Source: an uncultured Nitrospiraceae bacterium
Lineage (GTDB): Bacteria > Nitrospirota > Nitrospiria > Nitrospirales > Nitrospiraceae
Direction of reading: 5' to 3'
Assembly (NCBI GenBank): GCA_963846575.1
Contig: CAWJWJ010000002.1
Coordinates: 1,344,001-1,408,000, forward strand
DNA: 64,000 bases
The notes beneath the pieces are model-generated. The model was not told where the DNA came from. It did not search any database and saw nothing but the letters and a program-made list of their open reading frames with translations. This document shows positions 9,109 to 19,686 of the stretch, piece by piece (position 1 is the stretch's first letter; each line of letters begins with the position of its first letter). A program made the position numbers and the translations under genes.

Positions 9109-12042
9109 ATGCCGCTTCTTTTGCGATATCGAACAGCCCTGGTTGTCGTGAGCGCCGTGGTCGCGCTGTACGCGCTGCTGGGATTCTTCGGCGTGCCCTA
9201 CGCGGCCAAGGCTTACGGCGTCCCGGCTTTGTCCAAACGCCTGCAGCATCCGGTTCTGTTGGGAGATCTTGGCTTCAATCCCTTCACCTTTTCCCTGACG
9301 GTCTCGAATTTTGAGATCCAACAGCCGGACGAGCGGCCGATGCTGGGGTTCGGGGAACTCTTCGTGAATTTCGAAGTGACGTCGCTCGTGCGCTCCTCCT
9401 ATCTGTTTGACGAGATCCGCCTCACGTTTCCCTACAGCTTCGTGCATGTTCCCGCCAAGGGGAAGCTGAATCTCCTCGGCCTCGTTTCCTCCACCGATCC
9501 GGCGGAACCGGGATCGGAGCCTGAGGGACCGGCCACCGATGAACGGCGCGGAAAATCGCGATTGCCGCCGGTAGACATCCGCTTACTGAGCATCACGCAG
9601 GGCGTCATCGAATACCGGGATGATTCGAAGCGGAAACGGGTGATGGTCGATGTGGTCCCCATCGAAATCACACTCGAAAACTTCAGTACGCGGCCGGGGG
9701 ATGAAAACGCCTATGCGTTCACGGCGGAATTTGGAAAGGGGGAGACCCTCGCATGGGAAGGTACGATCCAGCTCGATCCGTTAGTCTCCGCCGGGAAGCT
9801 CTCGCTGTCCAACGTGCAGTTGAATACCTTCTGGCCGAGCATCCGCGACCAATTTCGGTTCGAAATTCTGAGCGGCGCGATCATGGTCGATGCGCGGTAT
9901 CGATTCGATACCGCCAACGTCGAACTCAGCGACGGGAAACTGGTGCTGTCGGATTTTCGTTTGGCTGCCGCTCGTGGGAGCGAGCCGCTCATTACCATGC
10001 CATCGTTGGAGCTTGATGGCATTCGCCTGGATCTGTCCAAGCAGGAGGTGGAAGTCGGCGGCGTGCGCACGGCGGGCGCGGAGGTGCGTGCCTGGTTGAC
10101 GGAAGACGGGTCGGTCAACTATGCGACACTCTTTTCTACGAGGACGGACGCGGACGAGACCGCGGACTCGCAGGCGTCACCCACGGAGCCCTGGAGCGTC
10201 GATGTACGAAAGGTCGAGGTCTCAAAAACCAGGGTCGCCTTCGAAGACCGCAGTGTGACGACTCCGGCGAACCTGGCGATCGACGACGTACAACTGACCC
10301 TCAGTGATATCCATGTCCCCTTCAAGGGCCAGATCCCGGTCGCGCTCAGTCTACGGCTCAATACCGAGGGGACAGTCGAGGCCGACGGCAGGGTGCAACT
10401 CGACCCGCTGCAGGCCGATCTCAAGCTCTCATTACAACAAATCGGCTTGATTCCCTTTCAGCCCTATCTGCCTCCAACGCTCCGGGTCGACGTGAAGTCC
10501 GGGGAACTCGACCTCACCGGAGAGGTCCAATATCGAAGCCGCCACGAACTGGAACCGTTGCTCCGTTACAGGGGGAATATCGGGGTCGGAAACTTGCGGC
10601 TGACCGAAACCAACGGCCGGAAGCCTATCCTTGCATGGACGGGGCTGGAACTGAAGAACCTCGCACTGGACCTGGCTCCTACCAAGGTTCAGATCGGAGA
10701 GATCGCCCTGAAAGACCCTTCGATCAGCGTGGAGATGGCAGAGAACGGCACGACGAATCTTGAACGCATCGTTAGTGCCCCGGAGCCGGACCGCACGGCC
10801 GGGCCTGCAGCAAGCTCCGGCGCGAAGGTCCGGCAGGGCGGGGAGACTCCCACGATTCCTGTGGTGATCGACGTGGTGACCCTCTCGAAGCTGTCGGCGG
10901 CCTTCGTGGATGAGTCGATCGAACCGGCCGTGTCCCTGGGGATTCAGGATCTCAGCGGCACCATCAAGGGCTTGTCCTCCAAACAGTTGACCAAGGCACA
11001 GGTGGCGCTTTCCGGAACGGTCGACGAGGTGGCCTCGATGAAGATCCAGGGGCAAATCAATCCGCTCAGCGAGAACGCCTATACCAATCTGAAGGCTACG
11101 TTCCAGGGCGTGGATCTTACGGCGGTCTCTCCGTACGCGGGCAAGTATGCGGGGTATCCCATCACCCAGGGCAAACTCTCGCTCGATCTGAAATATCAAC
11201 TCTCGAAGCAGAAGCTGGCCGGAGAGAACAAGGTGCTGATCGATCATTTCTCCTTCGGAGAGAGCACCGGCAGCGAGCATGCGACGGGTCTTCCCGTGCG
11301 CCTCGCGGTCGCGCTGCTGCAGGACCGCAACGGCCGCATCGCCATCGACATGCCCGTGAGGGGTAATCTGAACGAGCCGGACTTTAAATATGGACGGGTG
11401 GTGCTGAATGCCTTGGTGAATCTGATTTCCAAGGTGGCGACGTCTCCCTTCGCGGCGCTTGGAAACCTGGTGGGAGGCGGCGGAGAAAATCTGCAGTTTA
11501 TCGAATTCCAGGCCGGCTCGGATATCCCGGAGGCGACCGCACAACAAAAAATCACGTCGATCGCGACTGCGCTTCAGAAGCGTCCTGCCTTGCGGGTCGA
11601 GGTCGCCGGCGCTGCGGATCCCAAACGGGACCGGGATGCGCTTGCCTTGCAGAAAATGAAGGCCGAGGTGCAACGACGTTTTACGAAAGGCGGCACCGAG
11701 GCTGCCGACATCGCCATTCCGCCACAGCGTGAGTTCGAATTTCTCAGCGACCTGTACGCCGAGAAACTGGGAAAACAACCGACGAAATCGGTGGAGACGG
11801 CGAACGGAACCACCGTCGACCGCGTGCTGACGGCCGATGAACTGCGGGAGCAATTGGTTCCGGCGATAGCCGTGGCGGAATCCGAACTGCGTTCCTTGGC
11901 GCAGGAGCGTGCGAAAGCGATTCGGGCACAACTGCTTGCGGCGGGCCGATTGACCGAGGAGCGCGTGTATCTGGTCGAATCCGAGTTGATCAGCTCGGAA
12001 GGAGAGAAGGTCCGGGCCCATTTGAATTTGACGGGGAGCTGA
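9109..12042 (+). CDS. DUF748 (AsmA-like) envelope protein
   Basis: N-terminal TM, repeated beta-rich units (FNPFT.., SPYAGKYAGYPITQGKLSLDLKY, GLPVRLAVALLQD), OmpA-like C-terminus. Confidence 0.85.
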   Translation: MPLLLRYRTALVVVSAVVALYALLGFFGVPYAAKAYGVPALSKRLQHPVLLGDLGFNPFTFSLTVSNFEIQQPDERPMLGFGELFVNFEVTSLVRSSYLFDEIRLTFPYSFVHVPAKGKLNLLGLVSSTDPAEPGSEPEGPATDERRGKSRLPPVDIRLLSITQGVIEYRDDSKRKRVMVDVVPIEITLENFSTRPGDENAYAFTAEFGKGETLAWEGTIQLDPLVSAGKLSLSNVQLNTFWPSIRDQFRFEILSGAIMVDARYRFDTANVELSDGKLVLSDFRLAAARGSEPLITMPSLELDGIRLDLSKQEVEVGGVRTAGAEVRAWLTEDGSVNYATLFSTRTDADETADSQASPTEPWSVDVRKVEVSKTRVAFEDRSVTTPANLAIDDVQLTLSDIHVPFKGQIPVALSLRLNTEGTVEADGRVQLDPLQADLKLSLQQIGLIPFQPYLPPTLRVDVKSGELDLTGEVQYRSRHELEPLLRYRGNIGVGNLRLTETNGRKPILAWTGLELKNLALDLAPTKVQIGEIALKDPSISVEMAENGTTNLERIVSAPEPDRTAGPAASSGAKVRQGGETPTIPVVIDVVTLSKLSAAFVDESIEPAVSLGIQDLSGTIKGLSSKQLTKAQVALSGTVDEVASMKIQGQINPLSENAYTNLKATFQGVDLTAVSPYAGKYAGYPITQGKLSLDLKYQLSKQKLAGENKVLIDHFSFGESTGSEHATGLPVRLAVALLQDRNGRIAIDMPVRGNLNEPDFKYGRVVLNALVNLISKVATSPFAALGNLVGGGGENLQFIEFQAGSDIPEATAQQKITSIATALQKRPALRVEVAGAADPKRDRDALALQKMKAEVQRRFTKGGTEAADIAIPPQREFEFLSDLYAEKLGKQPTKSVETANGTTVDRVLTADELREQLVPAIAVAESELRSLAQERAKAIRAQLLAAGRLTEERVYLVESELISSEGEKVRAHLNLTGS

Positions 12043-12057
12043 GATCTCGACGGGAGT

Positions 12058-12426
12058 TCAGGGTTTGGGTCGGTACCGCATTCGCGTCCCATGCAGGAGC
12101 GACAGTTCGATCTCACTGGCGCTCAACTCGACGGGGAAGTAGGCTCCGGAGACCTTGGCCGCATTGATGCTGGCGCCTTCGAGCCGGGCCAGGCGAAAAT
12201 CGACCCCGCGCAGATCGGCCTGTCGAAAATACGATTCGCTCAGGTCCAAGCCATCCGCCTCAAGTCCTCGCAGGTCGAGCCCCCGTAAGTCGCACCGGGT
12301 GAGGTCGACCTGCTCGCCACTGGCCCGCTTGACGTTAAATTCCTTGATGCAGCCTTCCCGTAGCAACCGGTACATCGGGTCGTTGGAGATCCGTAGCCCG
12401 CTCGAGGCGGGTTTCTGATTGTCCAT
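12058..12426 (-). CDS. Pentapeptide repeat protein
   Basis: DLRGL/DLRGL/EADGL/DLSES/YFRQA/DLRGV repeats. Confidence 0.85.
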   Translation of the reverse strand: MDNQKPASSGLRISNDPMYRLLREGCIKEFNVKRASGEQVDLTRCDLRGLDLRGLEADGLDLSESYFRQADLRGVDFRLARLEGASINAAKVSGAYFPVELSASEIELSLLHGTRMRYRPKP

Positions 12427-12639
12427 GCAACACTCCTGTGTGTGTGGGTTCTTTATCGGGCGCAGGCATGAAAACTTGAGTCCCCGCGGATGGATCGCCT
12501 GGCCAGTGTGGCGATGGTCATCGCCGGTGGCGAGCTAACGCTTGCACCAGACTCCAGAGAAACGGTAGTCTTATTCGCTGATTTGTTCTTATCGCTTGGT
12601 GGGTACTACACATCCGGTCGAACGGAGAAGGAGGGGATC

Positions 12640-13275
12640 ATGGGATTACGACTGGGCGACGACGCCCCGAACTTTACGGCGGAGACGACAGAGGGAACCA
12701 TTAATCTTCACGAGTGGTTGGGAAATGGGTGGGGCATCTTGTTTTCGCATCCCAAGGATTTTACGCCGGTCTGCACGACGGAGCTGGGCTACATGGCCAA
12801 GATCAAAGGGGAATTCGATAAGCGGGGGGTGAAGATTCTGGCCATCAGCGTGGATCCGCTGGATTCGCATCGCGGATGGACGAAAGATATCAATGAAACC
12901 CAGAGCTGCACGGTCAGTTATCCCCTGATTGCCGATCCGGAAAAGAAGGTGGCCACGCTGTACGACATGATTCATCCGAACGCGCTGGATAACATGACGG
13001 TGCGGTCGGTCTTCGTGATCGGGCCGGACAAGAAGATTAAATTGATGCTGACCTACCCGGCTTCCTGCGGAAGGAACTTCGACGAGTTGCTGCGGGTGGT
13101 GGACTCCCTTCAGCTCACGTCAAAATACAAAGTGGCCACGCCCGTGAATTGGAAGGATGGTCAGGATTGCATCATCACCCCGGCGGTCAATGATGCGGAA
13201 GCCAAGACCCTCTTCCCCAAAGGGTTCAAAGCCATCAAGCCCTATCTTCGGGTCACGCCACAACCCAATAAATAA
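12640..13275 (+). CDS. 1-Cys peroxiredoxin (Prx6 family)
   Basis: FSHPKDFTPVCTTELG, GRNFDELLRVVDSLQL; RBS GGAGG before ATG 12640. Confidence 0.93.
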   Translation: MGLRLGDDAPNFTAETTEGTINLHEWLGNGWGILFSHPKDFTPVCTTELGYMAKIKGEFDKRGVKILAISVDPLDSHRGWTKDINETQSCTVSYPLIADPEKKVATLYDMIHPNALDNMTVRSVFVIGPDKKIKLMLTYPASCGRNFDELLRVVDSLQLTSKYKVATPVNWKDGQDCIITPAVNDAEAKTLFPKGFKAIKPYLRVTPQPNK

Positions 13276-13462
13276 CGTCTTTTCTACAGAGGGAACATGA
13301 GGGGAGTCGGCCTTGGGGCCGCCTCCCCTTGTTGTATGCGCAGCACGGATCATCATTACAGCCTCGGCATTCGCTCTCCGGCTCGAACTGAAAGGGGGAC
13401 GTCGCCCGGATGTGACGATGGAAGTCCGCGGGTGCGTCCTCCCGAATACGAGCCCGGAGACG

Positions 13463-15652
13463 TCACACCAGCAGAAGCCCTGCTTGCCGGACGGTCTGCC
13501 AGGCTTGGGTCCGACTGAAGCGGTCGAAGCCTCGTGAGCCGTCGACGGGAAAGGTCTCGCGTGCCTCTGCCAGGCGGGGGTAGTGGTCGCCTTGTTTGCA
13601 GGGGGAGGGTGTTGACCGGTTCAACAACGAGGTCAACCAGGCGGCTTGAGCCGACGCGAGCGTGAGCGGGAAATCTTCCGAGCGTGTCGGCAGAATCAGT
13701 CTGGTTTTGGCCGGGCTGTTCGCAGTGACCACCGGAGCGCTGCCGATCCACACGCAGCGCCGTTCTGCGGTGAGTGGGACGGCGGGGATATCGGCCATGG
13801 CCGCCTCGGCCCAGGTTCGTGGGACTCGCGGGGCTTTGACCGCCTGGGAGAACCATCGTTGCACCGGCAGATCGAGTCCGGTCCGTTCGATGTAGTTGAG
13901 AAGCGCCGCGCGTAATCCTTCGCCCAACCAGTCCGGACAGGTCGTGGAAGGATCGGCATGGCGGAGATCGTTTTCGGCAAATCCGGCGAAGGCCGGGCCG
14001 AGAATGGTGAGACCTTCCGCCGACGGATTCAATCCGATGGGACTGTGGGCCGTGGCCGTGAACTTGTGCCAGAACGCGGACTGCAGCAGGTCATGCAGAA
14101 AAAGTTGCCGGACGCGCTCGAGCGAATCCACCGTGTCGGCAATGGTCTCGCCGGGACAGCCATACATCAGATAGGCGTGGAGCAGGATCCCGGCCTGCCG
14201 AAAGGCGGCTGCTACGACCGCTGTCTGATTGACCGTGATGCCCTTTTTCATTCGTTCGAGCAACCGGTCCGATGCTGCTTCGAGCCCCGCCGTGAGAGCA
14301 ATGCAGCCGGAAGCGGCTAAGAGCCTGGCCAGATCAGCGGAAAAGGCTTCCTCGAAACGGATGTTGCCCCACCAGGAAATGGTCAGGCGTCGTTCGAGCA
14401 GTCGAAGGGCCAGCGACTTCAACGCGGCGGGAGGGGCGGCTTCATCAACGAAATGAAAGCCCCGCTGCCCGGTTTCCTGAATGAGGGCTTCGATGCGTTC
14501 CACCAGGACGTCGGTCGGAGTCGCTTCGTAGCGGGCGATATAGTTCAGCCCCACATCGCAGAACGTACATTGCTTCCAGTAGCAGCCGTGCGCGACGGTC
14601 AGTTTATTCCAATGCCCTTCCGACCAGAGCCGGTGCATCGGATTCAGACTGTCCAGGATCGAGAGGTAGCGGCCCAATGGGAGTCCTGCATAGGTCGGTG
14701 TGCCGAGGTCCTGCATCGAGACGTCCGGCTCCGTGCTGCCGTCCCGAAACTGCACCGTGCCATTCGAACAGAGGAAGGTCCGGCGAAGCAGGTGTTCCGG
14801 ACGTCCGCCGGCCAGGTGTTCGAGCAGGCAGAGGAACGGCCGCTCTCCGTCGTCGAGCGTGACATAGTCGACATAATTGAAAAGGCGAGGGTCTTCCAGC
14901 CGGCGAAGTTCGGTATTCACATAACCGCCGCCCAGAACGAGGCGAATCCGTGGCCGCCTGGTTTTGAGGGCCTGGGCGATTCGTAACGCGCCGAAAAGAT
15001 TCCCGGGAAACGGGATGGTGAGACCGACCACGTCGGGGTCGGCCCGGTCGACATGCGGCCAGAGCCGGTCAATCAGCAGGTGGTCGGTCAAGCTCAGCGG
15101 TTCGGTCAGGGCAGCGTCAAGACGGTCGAACGACGAGGTGGATTGCGTAATCTGCTCGGCATAGCGATTCAGCAGCAAGTGCGGGGCGACGGTTTCGTGC
15201 AGCAGGTCCGTGAGATCCTCAAGATAGAGCGTGGCACGGTGACGGGCTTGATCGGATGGCGACGAAGACCAGCTGTGTGCCTGGCGTGGCTGACCCTCGA
15301 AGCGGGGACCTTCCGGCAGAAAGCCCGGACGGGCGAGATGCGGCGCAAGCATGGGGTCCCGGCCTTGAAGAAAAGCGATCACCGGATCGATAGTCGCGAG
15401 ATAGGCCTCTTCGAGCGCCAGGAACTGCTGGACCTCTCCGCGCCATGACTCTCCGCTCTGCTTGATGCGTTGGAAGGCCTGCTCCAGGCCCGAGCGCGAG
15501 AAAAGGCGCAGCACCATTTCAAGCCCTAGATCGGCCTGCGTGGTGTCATAACCGCGGGATCGCAAGAACCCTGTCAAATGAGCCGTAGCGGGATACGGCG
15601 TATTGAGTTGAGTCAAGGGAGGGATGAGCAACAGTACGCGCGGCAAGGCCAT
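13463..15652 (-). CDS. B12-binding radical SAM protein
   Basis: PPLTQLNTPYPAT N-terminus, LGGGY, CYWKQCTFC cluster motif, FHFVDEAAPP. Confidence 0.85.
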   Translation of the reverse strand: MALPRVLLLIPPLTQLNTPYPATAHLTGFLRSRGYDTTQADLGLEMVLRLFSRSGLEQAFQRIKQSGESWRGEVQQFLALEEAYLATIDPVIAFLQGRDPMLAPHLARPGFLPEGPRFEGQPRQAHSWSSSPSDQARHRATLYLEDLTDLLHETVAPHLLLNRYAEQITQSTSSFDRLDAALTEPLSLTDHLLIDRLWPHVDRADPDVVGLTIPFPGNLFGALRIAQALKTRRPRIRLVLGGGYVNTELRRLEDPRLFNYVDYVTLDDGERPFLCLLEHLAGGRPEHLLRRTFLCSNGTVQFRDGSTEPDVSMQDLGTPTYAGLPLGRYLSILDSLNPMHRLWSEGHWNKLTVAHGCYWKQCTFCDVGLNYIARYEATPTDVLVERIEALIQETGQRGFHFVDEAAPPAALKSLALRLLERRLTISWWGNIRFEEAFSADLARLLAASGCIALTAGLEAASDRLLERMKKGITVNQTAVVAAAFRQAGILLHAYLMYGCPGETIADTVDSLERVRQLFLHDLLQSAFWHKFTATAHSPIGLNPSAEGLTILGPAFAGFAENDLRHADPSTTCPDWLGEGLRAALLNYIERTGLDLPVQRWFSQAVKAPRVPRTWAEAAMADIPAVPLTAERRCVWIGSAPVVTANSPAKTRLILPTRSEDFPLTLASAQAAWLTSLLNRSTPSPCKQGDHYPRLAEARETFPVDGSRGFDRFSRTQAWQTVRQAGLLLV

Positions 15653-15704
15653 GCGAAGGGAAATACCATACCGCACGGCCCGGCTGCCACTCGCGTGGAC
15701 GGGA

Positions 15705-17030
15705 CTACGAGGCCGCCTGCTCCCGGGCTGTGCGCATGGAGGATTGAATGAAATAACCGGTCCACCGTTTGAGGCGGAAGTATTCGGCTATCGCGGGAGG
15801 CAATTTACTGCGCGCCATCGCGCGCACGATCGACAGTTCGGGTTCTGAAGAGAGGTCAATGGTGGGAGAGGAGTCCTTCTGTGCGTCCGGCTTATAGAGC
15901 AGGACGAGAGGCTTGAGACGGATGTCGAAATTGATGTTGAGCACCAGTCCCAGAGAGCCGTCAGACAGCGTCACCACAGTGCCAGGCGGATACACACCGA
16001 AGATCTGGATCATGGCTACGACGACATCGGGAGCGAAGAGGTGCTGTTGATGCTTGTACATCTTGGACAGTGCTTCGGCCGGACAGAGGGCTTCGAGCGT
16101 GTCCGGATGATTGACGAGCCAGTCATATTGATCGACCGCACTGACGATTCTGACGGAGAGCGGGATCTGGTCGCCCTTGAGCTTCTCCGGATAGCCTGAC
16201 CCATCCAGGCGCTCGTGATGGCTACGAATGATGTCCAGTACCTCTTCGGGAAACCCTGGATACCGACGGAGCATGTCGATCGCGTGAAACGGATGCAGAT
16301 GGTACTCCCTGCTTTCCTGGGGGGAATGATGGCCTCGGTTGCGGAGCACCCGGCTGGAAATGCGATTTTCTCCGATGTCGAGCAAGAGTCCGGCCATGCC
16401 GATCAGTTGTACCGTATTTTCGTCCACTTCCAGATGTCGAGCGACCATCATGGAGAGGGTCGAAACGTTGAGGGCATGGAGGACGCTCAGATTGCCGAGT
16501 TCTTCGGCATCAAAGGCGCTGGCCACCATACCGGCCGCCTCGGTATTGGTCAGCAAGCTACTGAGCCCGTTGATCATGAGTTTTGCGTTCCGGAGTCCTT
16601 CTGGAGAGCCAGTCGAGAGATCTCGCAACATCTGCGAACTGCGTTGGACCACCAGCCGGTAGGCCTCAGAAGCCAGTTCGACCGCTTCCCGGTAGTCGGT
16701 GGCGGTGGGAACATAGGCTGAGTCCTCGTCAGCCGGGTTCGTGTCAACCTCCGGAGTCGCCTCCGGTAGGACACCAGAGGGGGAGGAGGCGACATCTGTG
16801 GTTGTGTCCGGGTCTGATTCCCGAGGATAGACCAGCACCGTGGCGAGACCTAGACCCCGGATGGTTGCGATCTGATTCGTCGATGAGATTCTGAACGATC
16901 TTCGAGGAAACGGGTGCTTGAACCATGAGCAGTTCAAGTCGACATACATGCCGACTTTGAGAGCCTCCGGCCGGATGACGATCGTTTCCGGAGCGCTGCC
17001 CTTGGATTGTCTCTCTGGCTTACGTTGCAA
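15705..17030 (-). CDS. DUF3391 + HD-GYP domain protein with degenerate HD motif
   Basis: LKVGMYV..WFKHPF N-terminus; HHERLDGSGYP; GLLLDIG in place of GLLHDIG. Confidence 0.85.
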   Translation of the reverse strand: MQRKPERQSKGSAPETIVIRPEALKVGMYVDLNCSWFKHPFPRRSFRISSTNQIATIRGLGLATVLVYPRESDPDTTTDVASSPSGVLPEATPEVDTNPADEDSAYVPTATDYREAVELASEAYRLVVQRSSQMLRDLSTGSPEGLRNAKLMINGLSSLLTNTEAAGMVASAFDAEELGNLSVLHALNVSTLSMMVARHLEVDENTVQLIGMAGLLLDIGENRISSRVLRNRGHHSPQESREYHLHPFHAIDMLRRYPGFPEEVLDIIRSHHERLDGSGYPEKLKGDQIPLSVRIVSAVDQYDWLVNHPDTLEALCPAEALSKMYKHQQHLFAPDVVVAMIQIFGVYPPGTVVTLSDGSLGLVLNINFDIRLKPLVLLYKPDAQKDSSPTIDLSSEPELSIVRAMARSKLPPAIAEYFRLKRWTGYFIQSSMRTAREQAAS

Positions 17031-17279
17031 GGCTGTTACCTTCTCTCCGATTTTAGACCGGGGTGTTGTTTCTGATGGCCAATCAGGGGCTATATCGGTG
17101 AGCCACGGAGGAATCTTGATGGGGTGAGACCCGAGGGTGGAGGAGTTGGTTTATCCGGCCTCACTGTGCCGCTGAGGTTCGGCTTTTAACTTCTTGGATC
17201 TGGTCCGCTAAATAGAATCCAAGCATCGTTCATTCAGTGTCATTTGAAAACAATGACATCGATTTATTACGTGACGTAT

Positions 17280-17301
17280 AGCTTCAACTTATGTTGAAGC
17301 T
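17280..17301. other. Perfect 9-bp inverted repeat (terminator or operator)
   Basis: AGCTTCAAC-ttat-GTTGAAGCT just past the RLP stop codon. Confidence 0.5.
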
Positions 17302-17308
17302 TGGCGGC

Positions 17309-18454
17309 TTATTCCAGGAGCCGGATAAACTCCCGGCAGGCGGTTCGTATGCCCCCCGTCTCACGACGCACGTCGCTGCCGAGTATGAACATGAAGTCCT
17401 CGCCGTACAGTCCGGTCATTTCATCGATGCGCGATGAGGACATTCGCCCCGCAGCCGTGGGAAAGATCGGAGGACAGGGCCCGAGGCGTCGACGACAGGC
17501 CGTGGCGATCTGCCGGCAATCGTCCGCGGAGATCGGGTAGGTCAAGCCATAGGTCGGATAGATGGATACGTCCGCGCCGGCGATTCTTGGGAGGAGACCA
17601 AAAAGTACCTGAGGTGCAATGCCGCTGTCCGGCGAGACATAGTGGCTTCCAAGAAAATCCGGGTGGGAGACGAGCGGTAGGGAGACCGATGGATTACGTG
17701 CCAGGGAAGCCATCGCATCGAATCCTACGAGACCAGGGCAAACCAGCAGAGCACCTGCGCCGGCTTTCTCCGCAAGACTCGCTCGTGCCATGAGTACAGG
17801 CCAGGGACTCGAAATGTGGGGGGCATACAGGCAGGGTTTGCCAGTCCGCTGTGAGGCCGCACTCACGGCTTCGGCGCATCGCGTGATCCGCTCCTCGAAG
17901 CGGCAGAAGGGCTGGTCCCCGAGGCTTTGATCATCCTTGATGATGTCGACTTCCCCGAGTGCAAATTCATAGGCCAGGGCAGCCAATTGCACCGGAGTGA
18001 ATCCCAGAGGCTTGAGGACGGCGCAGACCAGCGGACGCGTGGGAACCTGAACCAGGTCGCGGAGGCCCGGCGTGCCAAAGCGGGGGCCCGTTTCCGCCAG
18101 CTCCCCATCCGGGAGCGACAAACCCGTGAGGCGGACTTGTCCTCGTAATCCGGCCATTCCGAACGCCATGTGCACCAGGGTACCGACTGACCCGTCGAGG
18201 AGTTCGGTGGGGAAGGTGATCACGGCACGGTGGTGCGACTGATCCAGGGATTCCCAGCCGGAAATCTGTCCCAGCAGCTGCTCGCGAATCGCTCCTGGTG
18301 GAATGACGTGCTCGGCGGCTTCGACGGTTTGTTCAATGCAAAGAACTTCCGCACGCTCGCGTGCCTCCCCGGCCGAGCCATGGATCTGGTACTCGACTGA
18401 GAAACGCTCTCCGCTCAAGAGGAGAGCACCTTCCGGAGTTTTCTGTTGAGACAT
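17309..18454 (-). CDS. RuBisCO-like protein (form IV)
   Basis: EQTVE, GPRFGTPGLR, LKPLG, DIIKDDQ motif; ~381 aa; no small subunit gene nearby. Confidence 0.85.
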   Translation of the reverse strand: MSQQKTPEGALLLSGERFSVEYQIHGSAGEARERAEVLCIEQTVEAAEHVIPPGAIREQLLGQISGWESLDQSHHRAVITFPTELLDGSVGTLVHMAFGMAGLRGQVRLTGLSLPDGELAETGPRFGTPGLRDLVQVPTRPLVCAVLKPLGFTPVQLAALAYEFALGEVDIIKDDQSLGDQPFCRFEERITRCAEAVSAASQRTGKPCLYAPHISSPWPVLMARASLAEKAGAGALLVCPGLVGFDAMASLARNPSVSLPLVSHPDFLGSHYVSPDSGIAPQVLFGLLPRIAGADVSIYPTYGLTYPISADDCRQIATACRRRLGPCPPIFPTAAGRMSSSRIDEMTGLYGEDFMFILGSDVRRETGGIRTACREFIRLLE

Positions 18455-18581
18455 CCAGGGCTCCTTCGGGGTTGCAGGGATGCAGGAAGAGAGGGCACCG
18501 TAATTCGGCCCGGCCCGGTAGTCCCTCGCCGGGCAGCAGGCTGTGGAATGAACCGATCCTATCCTATCGCACAAGGACGCC

Positions 18582-19391
18582 ATGGAGAACAGGGCACGAC
18601 AGAATCTTGGACCGGCATCGCTGTCTCGTATTGGAGTGGTCATCCTGCTGCTCGCCGGAAGTACCTGGAGTGACAGGGCGGTGGCTCAAGGTCTCATCGA
18701 CCTCACCTACACCTTCGATGAGACCACCCAGGTTTGGCCGAGCAACCTTCCGTTTCATCGAGACTCGACGGTCAGGGGAGGGACGAAGACCGAGGCCTGG
18801 TATGCGACAGGGCAAGTCACACTCTCCGAACATGCGGGGACGCATATGGATGCGCCCGTGCATTTTGCCCAGGGGCAGGTAGGCATTGACGGGATCCCAA
18901 TCGAGCAACTCATGGGGCCTGCCGTAGTGATCGATGTCAGGGATGCCGTAGCCGGCGACCGCGACTATCGCTTGTCCTTGGAAGACGTGCATCGCTGGGA
19001 GCTCAGGCATGGATCGATACCGCTCGGCTCGGTCGTGCTGATGCTGACAGGGTGGGGGGCCAATTGGAGCGATCGGGAGCGGTATTTCGGCACGCCCACG
19101 CCGGATCTTCCGTTGACGCTTCATTTCCCCGGGTTCTCCCGACAGGTGGCGGAATTTCTGGTGGCCGAACGCCACATTCACGGGATCGGGATTGACACGC
19201 CGAGCATCGACCACGGTCCTTCGAAGGATTTTGCCGTCCACCGGATAGTGAACGGCGCCGGCCTGTATGGACTCGAAAATCTGGCGCGACTCGACGCGGT
19301 GCCTCCGTCCGGCGCCTCGCTGGTGGCCCTGCCGATGAAGATTGCCGGTGGGAGCGGCGCCCCGGTGCGGGTCATTGCCATTCTCCCTTAA
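18582..19391 (+). CDS. Cyclase family metal-dependent hydrolase (kynurenine formamidase-like) with signal peptide
   Basis: EHAGTHMDAPVHF, GIGIDTPSID, LENL, GGSGAPVRVIA. Confidence 0.88.
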   Translation: MENRARQNLGPASLSRIGVVILLLAGSTWSDRAVAQGLIDLTYTFDETTQVWPSNLPFHRDSTVRGGTKTEAWYATGQVTLSEHAGTHMDAPVHFAQGQVGIDGIPIEQLMGPAVVIDVRDAVAGDRDYRLSLEDVHRWELRHGSIPLGSVVLMLTGWGANWSDRERYFGTPTPDLPLTLHFPGFSRQVAEFLVAERHIHGIGIDTPSIDHGPSKDFAVHRIVNGAGLYGLENLARLDAVPPSGASLVALPMKIAGGSGAPVRVIAILP

Positions 19392-19686
19392 GGCCCCGGC
19401 CTGTCTGTCTCACGCCCTCGTAGTCCATCCGGCGGTGTGGCGTGAGGGAGTAGGGACTGAGTGACGGCCAGAACCGCTCCCTTCTCTTCGCCTGTCCCCC
19501 ATACCACCCCCGCATCACGTTGGCCAAGGGATTTCCGTAGCAGCCCACCACATGCGTTGCCGGCCGGTCGGCGGCCATTCTGTCGAAATACCCTAATCGG
19601 TTTGTCGCCGGAAGCCCTCGTGTTATGAGTGAGAAGACGCGAGCCTCTTTGACACCTTTACGTTATTCACCCAATGGAGTGAATTC

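Noticed and set aside
10432..12021. Long antisense ORFs (also 25904..27292, 35547..36593, 46177..47286)
   Set aside because: Shadow frames of well-supported high-GC genes
17309..18454. CO2-fixing RuBisCO
   Set aside because: Too short, KDDQ motif, and no rbcS or Calvin-cycle genes nearby
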